This document shows positions 41,059-47,371 of a stretch of 47,371 nucleotides of DNA, piece after piece. A program made the translations under genes and the position numbers. Each line of letters begins with the position of its first letter. The first letter of the stretch is position 1. The DNA is from Halomonas sp. (GTDB taxonomy: Bacteria > Pseudomonadota > Gammaproteobacteria > Pseudomonadales > Halomonadaceae), in NCBI GenBank assembly GCA_020201075.1, contig JAIVHL010000130.1, positions 1 to 47,371 on the forward strand, given 5' to 3'. A model generated the notes under the pieces. It did not search any database, was not told the origin of the DNA, and saw only the letters and a list, made by a program, of their open reading frames with translations.

Positions 41059-41095
41059 GAAAAAGGCCGGCAGCGGGTGTACCGCCACCAGCCTT
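41059..41095 (-). terminator. rplL-rpoB attenuator/terminator
   Basis: AAGGCTGGTGGCGG-TACAC-CCGCTGCCGGCCTTTTT. Confidence 0.7.
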
Positions 41096-41134
41096 GGAAG
41101 CTTACGCAGCGCGTGAAGCCATGGAGCCCAAGTC

Positions 41135-41503
41135 TTACTTGAGTTCCACGCTCGCGCCGGCTTCTTCCAGCTTGGCCTTGGCCGCTTCGGCGTCGTCCTT
41201 GGACATAGCTTCCTTGATGGTTGCCGGGGCACCGTCGACGGCACCCTTGGCTTCCTTCAGGCCCAGGCCGGTGATCTCGCGAACAACCTTGATCACGTTG
41301 ACTTTCTTCTCGCCGCAGCTGGTCAGTACCAGATCGAACTCGGTCTGCTCTTCAACGACTTCGCCAGCGGCGGCCGGGCCAGCCACGACGGCGGCAGCGG
41401 CTGACACGCCGAACTTCTCTTCCATCGCTTCGATCAGCTCGACGACTTCCATGACGGACATGTCGGCGACGGCGTTGATGATGTCTTCTTTGGTCAGTGC
41501 CAT
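41135..41503 (-). CDS. rplL: 50S ribosomal protein L7/L12
   Basis: [10 protein letters not shown]; TGLGLKEAK. Confidence 0.99.
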   Translation of the reverse strand: MALTKEDIINAVADMSVMEVVELIEAMEEKFGVSAAAAVVAGPAAAGEVVEEQTEFDLVLTSCGEKKVNVIKVVREITGLGLKEAKGAVDGAPATIKEAMSKDDAEAAKAKLEEAGASVELK

Positions 41504-41592
41504 TGTCACGTTTCCTAACTTTGCGGGAGTCGCGGTGACCCGTCGACTCGGGATTCAATATACGATTCAGGCGGCCAGCAAGAGTTCGCCGA

Positions 41593-42096
41593 TCAGGCCG
41601 CTTCTTCCTGCTTCTGGTCGCGCAGAGCGGCCAGAGTACGAACCAGCTTACCGGCAGATGCTTCTTTCATGACGGACATCAGCTGGGCGATGGCTTCATC
41701 GTAGGTCGGCAGAGTCGCCAGGCGGTCAATATCTGCAGCCGGAATCAGCTCGCCTTCGTAGGCCAGCGCCTTGACTTCAAAATCCTTCTCCAGCTTGGCA
41801 AACTCCTTGAACAAACGGGCTGCGGCACCCGGATGTTCGGTGGAGAAGGCCAGCAGGGTTGGACCCACAAAGCTTTCGTTCAGGCATTCCCATTGGGTGC
41901 CTGACAAGGCGCGACGCGCCAGAGTGTTGCGAACAACACGTACCTGGACGCCATTCTCGCGGGCCTGCTTGCGCAGATCGGTCATCTTCTCGACCGAGAC
42001 ACCACGAGAATCAGCAACTACGACGGAGAGTGCATCCTTGGCCGCTTCACTGACCTCGGCAACAATCGCCTTCTTGCCTTCGAGTGCTAGTGGCAC
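41593..42096 (-). CDS. rplJ: 50S ribosomal protein L10
   Basis: [11 protein letters not shown]; LATLPT; AAGGAG RBS before GTG 42096. Confidence 0.97.
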   Translation of the reverse strand: MPLALEGKKAIVAEVSEAAKDALSVVVADSRGVSVEKMTDLRKQARENGVQVRVVRNTLARRALSGTQWECLNESFVGPTLLAFSTEHPGAAARLFKEFAKLEKDFEVKALAYEGELIPAADIDRLATLPTYDEAIAQLMSVMKEASAGKLVRTLAALRDQKQEEAA

Positions 42097-42192
42097 AGTG
42101 ATCACTCCTTCGTGCCGGAACCTCGCGACGAGGAATCCGGTGGTTACCATCTCTTCCTGCGCTGCCCGAGAGCGACGCTGGAAGTCCTGGGT

Positions 42193-42337
42193 GATGGTGC
42201 TCACCAGATATCTGGCGGCCACACCATCTGCGCAGGCCATCCGGAGGATGATTAAGCCGCACTTCACGAGGAGGGGCGGCACCTGCGGTCTTTGACGGTG
42301 CCCCGCCGGCGAGTCTTGCTCCGCTCGGGGACCGCAA
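42193..42337 (-). promoter_or_regulatory. L10 leader (rplJ autoregulatory RNA)
   Basis: AAGACCGCAGG...TTAA...CCTGCGCAGA, typical of the L10 leader; boundaries approximate. Confidence 0.7.
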
Positions 42338-42368
42338 AGTTATTGCAATTGATCGATCTGCTGCCCGT

Positions 42369-43061
42369 TCAGACCAGGCCAGAGTGATCGATGGTCAGGC
42401 CCGGACCCATGGTGGTGGATACGGAAACCTTCTTGAGATAAATGCCCTTGGAGGTGCTCGGCTTGAGCCTCTTAAGGTCAACGACCAGCGCTTCCAGGTT
42501 GCCTTGGATAGCTGCTGCATCGAAGTCAGCCTTGCCAAGGGTAGTATGGATGATACCGTTTTTGTCGGTACGGAAACGCACCTGGCCGGCCTTGGCGTTT
42601 TTAACGGCAGTGGCCACATCCGGCGTCACGGTGCCGACTTTCGGGTTCGGCATCAGGCCACGCGGACCGAGAATCTGACCCAGCTGACCGACGACTCGCA
42701 TTGCATCAGGCGAAGCAATGACCACATCGAAATCAAGCTTGCCCTTCTTGACCTGATCAGCAAGGTCATCCATACCAACGATGTCAGCGCCGGCTTCCTT
42801 GGCGGCATCGGCGTTGGCACCCTGGGTAAAGACAGCAACGCGTACGTCCTTGCCGGTACCGTTGGGCATGACAGTGGCACCGCGCACTACCTGGTCAGAT
42901 TTACGCGGATCGACGCCCAGATTAATGGCGACATCCAGCGACTCATTGAACTTGACGGTAGACAGCTCGGCGAGCAGGGCAACGGCCTCTTCCAAAGGGT
43001 AAACCTTGGTCGGGTCAATTTTTTCTTGAATCAGTTTTGCGCGTTTTGTCAGCTTGGCCAT
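42369..43061 (-). CDS. rplA: 50S ribosomal protein L1
   Basis: [14 protein letters not shown]; [16 protein letters not shown]. Confidence 0.99.
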   Translation of the reverse strand: MAKLTKRAKLIQEKIDPTKVYPLEEAVALLAELSTVKFNESLDVAINLGVDPRKSDQVVRGATVMPNGTGKDVRVAVFTQGANADAAKEAGADIVGMDDLADQVKKGKLDFDVVIASPDAMRVVGQLGQILGPRGLMPNPKVGTVTPDVATAVKNAKAGQVRFRTDKNGIIHTTLGKADFDAAAIQGNLEALVVDLKRLKPSTSKGIYLKKVSVSTTMGPGLTIDHSGLV

Positions 43062-43063
43062 GA

Positions 43064-43495
43064 TCAAAGACCCTCCACATTCAGGCCCATGCTGCGGGCG
43101 CTACCAGCAATGGTACGCACTGCGGCGTCAAGGTCAGCAGCCGTCAGATCCGGCTCCTTGGTCTTGGCGATCTCCTCGAGCTGATCGCGAGTCACCGTAC
43201 CGACCTTCTTCTTGTTCGGCTCGCCGGAGCCGGACTTGATACCCGCGGCCTTCTTCAGCAGGACCGCGGCGGGCGGAGTCTTGGTGATGAAGGTGAAGCT
43301 GCGGTCGGAATAGACAGTGATCACCACAGGAGTGGGCAGACCCGGCTCGATTTCCTGGGTCGCGGCGTTGAACGCCTTGCAAAACTCCATGATGTTCACG
43401 CCGTGTTGACCCAGCGCGGGGCCAACGGGGGGACTCGGATTGGCTTTACCAGCTGCGACCTGCAGCTTGATGTAAGCCTGTACTTTCTTGGCCAT
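43064..43495 (-). CDS. rplK: 50S ribosomal protein L11
   Basis: [15 protein letters not shown]. Confidence 0.99.
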   Translation of the reverse strand: MAKKVQAYIKLQVAAGKANPSPPVGPALGQHGVNIMEFCKAFNAATQEIEPGLPTPVVITVYSDRSFTFITKTPPAAVLLKKAAGIKSGSGEPNKKKVGTVTRDQLEEIAKTKEPDLTAADLDAAVRTIAGSARSMGLNVEGL

Positions 43496-43501
43496 ATTGA
43501 A

Positions 43502-43537
43502 CTCCAGTTGGGTAGTAGCGCCTTTCGGCTCCCCGGT
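43502..43537 (-). promoter_or_regulatory. L1-binding site in the rplK leader
   Basis: CCGGGGAGCCGAAAGGCGCTACTACCCAACTGGAG resembles the enterobacterial GGGGAGCC...GGCGTTATTACCCAAC L1 target. Confidence 0.7.
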
Positions 43538-43584
43538 GGTATGGCTACCTCGGTAGCCGCTTTGCTTGCGTCAGGCCGAACACG

Positions 43585-44118
43585 TTATTCCTTCTCGACC
43601 TGAGCGAATTCCAGTTCGACAGGAGTCGAGCGACCGAAAATCAGCACGCTGACCTGGACACGACTCTTGTCGTAGTTGACCTCTTCGACCACGCCATTGA
43701 AGTCGGCGAAAGGCCCGTCAACCACGCGCACAGATTGGCCAGGCTCGAATAGCGTTTTGGGCCGAGGCTTGTCGGTACCATCCTGAACGCGACGAAGGAT
43801 GGCATCTGCCTCCTTTTGCGTTATCGCTGCCGGCTTTTCCTTGGTACCGCCAATAAACCCCATAACGCGTGGCGTCTCGTTAACCAGATGCCATGTCTCG
43901 TCATCCATTTCCATCTCGACCAATACATAGCCAGGATAGAACTTGCGCTCGCTCTTGCGGCGCTTTCCGTCGCGCATCTCGACGACTTCCTCGGTGGGCA
44001 CCAGAATCTCGCCAAAGCGATCTTCCATAGCGTACATCTTCACGCGTTCGAGGAGCGATCGCAGGACTTGCTTCTCGAAACCGGAATATGCGTGTACGAC
44101 GTACCAACGCTTGGACAT
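43585..44118 (-). CDS. nusG: Transcription factor NusG
   Basis: [11 protein letters not shown]; FYPGYVLV; DGPFADF; [10 protein letters not shown]. Confidence 0.99.
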   Translation of the reverse strand: MSKRWYVVHAYSGFEKQVLRSLLERVKMYAMEDRFGEILVPTEEVVEMRDGKRRKSERKFYPGYVLVEMEMDDETWHLVNETPRVMGFIGGTKEKPAAITQKEADAILRRVQDGTDKPRPKTLFEPGQSVRVVDGPFADFNGVVEEVNYDKSRVQVSVLIFGRSTPVELEFAQVEKE

Positions 44119-44126
44119 GAAAGCTC

Positions 44127-44495
44127 CTAACCAATGACGCCGGACATCGCCCAGCCAAGAAGAGTGTCGATCAGCCACAACATCAGGCCAACCACCAGTA
44201 CGGCCGCCAGCACGATACCGGTGGTCTGTACTGTTTCAGGGCGCGTCGGCCACACTACCCGCTGGATCTCCTTCTTGGCGGCACGAGCCAATTCGGTAAG
44301 CTCACGCCCCTTGGTGGTGGTCAGCGCCACCACGGCGGCCAGCAAGCTCAGCGCGACAACACCCAGCACACGGTAGAGCATGGCCAGGTCAGCAAAATAG
44401 GTGTTACCGACCACGGCTAGAACCAGCAGAGTGACGACAGCCGCCCATTTGAGTCCGTCGTGGCGCGACTCCTGCACCTCGGCGCTATGCTTCAT
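44127..44495 (-). CDS. secE: Preprotein translocase subunit SecE
   Basis: Three hydrophobic segments; [13 protein letters not shown]. Confidence 0.97.
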   Translation of the reverse strand: MKHSAEVQESRHDGLKWAAVVTLLVLAVVGNTYFADLAMLYRVLGVVALSLLAAVVALTTTKGRELTELARAAKKEIQRVVWPTRPETVQTTGIVLAAVLVVGLMLWLIDTLLGWAMSGVIG

Positions 44496-44568
44496 GAAAA
44501 CGAGACTCCTCAGGGTGCGGCAATCGAAACATGAAATCTTTTTAGGGACTGGCCAGTCTGGGGAAGAC

Positions 44569-44644
<76 letters not shown>

Positions 44645-44695
44645 GTATCTACCTACTGACTACCCTTTGCAAGCAGTCTTTCAATAGCGGGCGCC

Positions 44696-44724
44696 ATGAT
44701 AGCGAATCGATAGCCGCATAGCAA
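44696..44724 (-). promoter_or_regulatory. Promoter for tRNA-Trp-secE-nusG
   Basis: TTGCTA-N17-TATCAT followed by GC-rich discriminator GGCGCCCGC. Confidence 0.65.
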
Positions 44725-44751
44725 CCCTACCCTACACCGCGCTCGGCATAG

Positions 44752-44781
44752 AAAAAGAAAAAGCGAGCCGCGGCCCGCTTT
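44752..44781 (-). terminator. Terminator after the tRNA-Tyr-Gly-Thr operon
   Basis: AAAGCGGGCC-GC-GGCTCGCTTTTTCTTTTT. Confidence 0.8.
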
Positions 44782-44788
44782 CCCAATA

Positions 44789-44863
44789 TGGAGCTCATGG
44801 ACGGATTTGAACCGTCGACCTCACCCTTACCAAGGGTGTGCTCTACCCCTGAGCTACATGAGC
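44789..44863 (-). tRNA. tRNA-Thr(GGT)
   Basis: Anticodon arm CACCC-TT-GGT-AA-GGGTG; 3' CCA. Confidence 0.97.
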
Positions 44864-44887
44864 AAAACCTGTGCATCAAAAAAATGC

Positions 44888-44961
<74 letters not shown>

Positions 44962-45008
44962 CGACCCACTCTTGTTGCCTGATCCCTGTATGGGTTTCCG
45001 GCGAATTC

Positions 45009-45092
<84 letters not shown>

Positions 45093-45104
45093 AACTGGCG
45101 GCAT

Positions 45105-45132
45105 ATGCTACCACCTTTTTCCTTAGTGTCAA
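45105..45132 (-). promoter_or_regulatory. tRNA operon proximal promoter
   Basis: TTGACA-N16-TAGCAT. Confidence 0.7.
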
Positions 45133-45209
45133 GATGCTGTTTTCTCAGCACTCTTGATGGGAAATCCGAAGCCTTGTGGGCACCGGTTTTAGCCCTTGGA
45201 ACGCGGCGA

Positions 45210-45238
45210 ATTGTGTCAAAGCAGCATGGAAAATGCAA
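45210..45238 (-). promoter_or_regulatory. tRNA operon distal promoter overlapping the coaX 3' end
   Basis: TTGCAT-N17-CACAAT followed by TCGCCGCG. Confidence 0.5.
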
Positions 45239-46055
45239 GGCCCGCGCGAATCTTTTCAAGTGCAACCGGTGCCGGCACCTTGGGTGCGCCGGACATCTTC
45301 CCAGCACGCTCAGCGGCTGTCAGCGGAAAACATGCCTCCAACCCTCCATAGACCATATCTGGCCAGACAGCGTGAGGCACCTGGAGCCCTCTGGAAATTA
45401 CCCGCGCATCACCGCCTGTCATCAGCAGTGGCAGAGCCACGCCCTCTATATCGCACACTTCGGCATAAGTGCGATTGATAGCACTTACCGCTGCCATATA
45501 AATGCCATGATTGACCGCTTCTACCGTGCGCCTGCCGGGAACCAGCAGTTCCTCGGCTTCGCTGTCCGGGTCGATCGCTACGTTATGGGTTCCAAGTTTC
45601 AGGCTCTCTTTCATCAACCGCAACCCAGGTAGGATATACCCTCCCAGGTGACGTCCGCCTGGCAACACGAAGTCGATGGTGATGGCACTGCCGCAATCCA
45701 CCGCACAGCAGCCTCCTGCCAGCTGATAGCCTGCCAATGCACCCAGCCAACGGTCAACGCCAAGACGCTCTACCTCTTCATAGCCATTGGTCACGCCTAG
45801 CGCCTCCCGTGTCGAGCGTGCCACGTGAACATGGCCGACCTGGCGGTATAGTAGCGCTACGGTCTCCTCCAGCACGGCACGTCGGGCCACGCTGGAAATA
45901 CGCACAGATTCCACCACGTCCAGGTCCGGGATATCCGAGCCCGGGCGCCACTCCTCCCGAGTCCACACGGCACCTCGCGAGCGTATCTCGCTACTGTCGG
46001 CGTCTTTTAGCCGCCACTTGGTAAGGGTGTTGCCGATATCCAGATCAAGAATCAT
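45216..46055 (-). CDS. coaX: Type III pantothenate kinase
   Basis: LDIGNTLTKW, LGVDRW, VDCGSAITID, GGYILPG, MTGGD. Confidence 0.93.
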   Translation of the reverse strand: MILDLDIGNTLTKWRLKDADSSEIRSRGAVWTREEWRPGSDIPDLDVVESVRISSVARRAVLEETVALLYRQVGHVHVARSTREALGVTNGYEEVERLGVDRWLGALAGYQLAGGCCAVDCGSAITIDFVLPGGRHLGGYILPGLRLMKESLKLGTHNVAIDPDSEAEELLVPGRRTVEAVNHGIYMAAVSAINRTYAEVCDIEGVALPLLMTGGDARVISRGLQVPHAVWPDMVYGGLEACFPLTAAERAGKMSGAPKVPAPVALEKIRAGLAFSMLL

Positions 46056-47035
46056 GGCCGTGCTCGCAAGCTGATCTCACCGCCGGCGAGCCGCAGCTGT
46101 TGCCCTTGCTGATTGACCAGCAGATTCCCCGCAGCATCTACGCCTTCAGCCACCGCTTGTTCGCGCTGCTGTCCCCGCAAAATATCTACTTCATGGCCTG
46201 CGTAGGCATGACGCTGGTTCCAGTCTGCCTGCCATACCGCAAAACCCTCTCTCTCGAAGTTGGCCACCAAAGGCAGAAGGGCCTCGATCAATTCCACGGC
46301 AAGTTCGTTACGCGTCACCTCTGGCGCCTGATCATGGATGGCTGCCGCTGGCTGATCCAGCCCCTTGCGAAACTCTGGCGTAAGATCAACATTGATACCC
46401 ATTCCGATGACTACCGTGCAGGGTCCTGCGGTATCTCCTGTCACTTCCACCAGAATGCCAGCCAACTTACCGAGGGCACCATCCGACCCCTTTAGCAGCA
46501 CGTCATTGGGCCACTTCAAGCACGGCTTAACCCCATGGCGCTCCAACACCTTGGCCAGCATCACTCCCACTGCCAGGCTTAGGCCTTCCAAGGCCGTCAC
46601 GCCGGACTCCACTCGCCAGCCCAACGACATCATCAAGCTACGCCCCCAAGGAGTGTTCCAGGTACGCCCACGTCGCCCACGACCGGCACTCTGCTGCTCA
46701 ACCAGGCAGATCTCCCCATGACCCGCGCCGTGGTCGAAACGCTCTCGCAGAAAGGCATTACTCGACGGCAGGGTCTCCTCGACGAAGAGCCGGGTTAACA
46801 GACTCCGCGACTCTCGTGATAGACCGGAGACAATGTGAGCCCCATCAAGCAGCTCCAGCGGCTTGGCTAGGCGATAACCCTGCCCCTTCACTGCCTCCAT
46901 GACAATGCCCAGCGCCTCTAGCTTGCGTAACTGCTTCCAGACGGCCGCCCGGGACACGCCGAGTTGCTCTCCGAGCTGCTCGCCGGAGTGGAACTCACCG
47001 TCGCTGAGCAGGCGAATCAGGTCTCCGATGGTCAT
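46052..47035 (-). CDS. birA: Bifunctional biotin-protein ligase/repressor
   Basis: N-terminal HTH SGEQLG...VSRAAVWK; QSAGRGRRGR; KWPND; KLAGILVE. Confidence 0.97.
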   Translation of the reverse strand: MTIGDLIRLLSDGEFHSGEQLGEQLGVSRAAVWKQLRKLEALGIVMEAVKGQGYRLAKPLELLDGAHIVSGLSRESRSLLTRLFVEETLPSSNAFLRERFDHGAGHGEICLVEQQSAGRGRRGRTWNTPWGRSLMMSLGWRVESGVTALEGLSLAVGVMLAKVLERHGVKPCLKWPNDVLLKGSDGALGKLAGILVEVTGDTAGPCTVVIGMGINVDLTPEFRKGLDQPAAAIHDQAPEVTRNELAVELIEALLPLVANFEREGFAVWQADWNQRHAYAGHEVDILRGQQREQAVAEGVDAAGNLLVNQQGQQLRLAGGEISLRARP

Positions 47036-47166
47036 TCGTAACCCTCAGACGAGAAAGGGCACATTCTAGCGGATGCGCGCCTCTCCCGGAAATGCCAAAG
47101 GTAGAAGCATCAATCCCCCGGCCTTGTCAGCGACCCGGGGATTGGAAAGCCGGGGAAGCGAAACGC

Positions 47167-47238
47167 AAAAAGCCCCGCCTTCTTTCGAGGGCGGGGCTTT
47201 ATGACAAAAACCCCAGTCTCTTACGAGACTGGGGTTTT
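47167..47238 (-). terminator. Tandem rRNA operon terminators (T1 47207-47238, T2 47169-47200)
   Basis: Two GC-rich stems, each followed by a T run on the minus strand, just downstream of 5S. Confidence 0.88.
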
Positions 47239-47248
47239 CTAAATAAGT

Positions 47249-47365
47249 GCCTGACGATGACCTACTCTCACATGGGGAGACCCCACACTACCATCGGCGC
47301 TGAGCGGTTTCACTACTGAGTTCGGCATGGGATCAGGTGGTTCACGCACGCTATGGTCGTCAGGC
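47249..47365 (-). rRNA. rrf: 5S ribosomal RNA (3' end of an rrn operon)
   Basis: GCCTGACGACCATAGC...CCATGCCGAACTCAG...GAGAGTAGGTCATCGTCAGGC with paired ends. Confidence 0.97.
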
Positions 47366-47371
47366 GAAAAG

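Noticed and set aside
47092-47319. 75-aa ORF near the window end, and small ORFs over the tRNA cluster
   Set aside because: They overlap the rrn terminators, 5S rRNA or tRNAs; spurious.

Overview
High-GC gammaproteobacterial core-genome window, most like Halomonas/Halomonadaceae (inferred from gene order and protein sequences). The left ~14.6 kb holds a photolyase plus putative furan-fatty-acid/photo-oxidative-stress cluster (phrB, SnoaL, SDR, UfaD-like, UfaO/DUF1365, UfaM/cfa-like, DUF2878) running into fabA-fabB, then a minus-strand yajR-ssb-rmlD-like-plsC unit divergent from uvrA. The remaining ~33 kb is the minus-strand information-processing supercluster: 5S rRNA, birA, coaX, tRNA-Tyr/Gly/Thr, tRNA-Trp, secE-nusG, rplKAJL-rpoBC, and the str, S10, spc and alpha operons. 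Three things stand out. (1) A ~52-nt near-copy of the L4/L24-binding domain I segment of 23S rRNA sits directly against the rplC ribosome-binding site, a candidate rRNA-mimic autoregulatory element inside the S10 operon. (2) The ufa-like cluster is physically coupled to fabAB. (3) Six genes (fabB, ssb, yajR, rplQ, rpsK, rpoC) carry clean internal deletions, one removing the RNA polymerase NADFDGD motif; these are most likely assembly artefacts. No mobile elements or CRISPR arrays were seen. Comparisons to reference sequences are from memory and need confirming by alignment.
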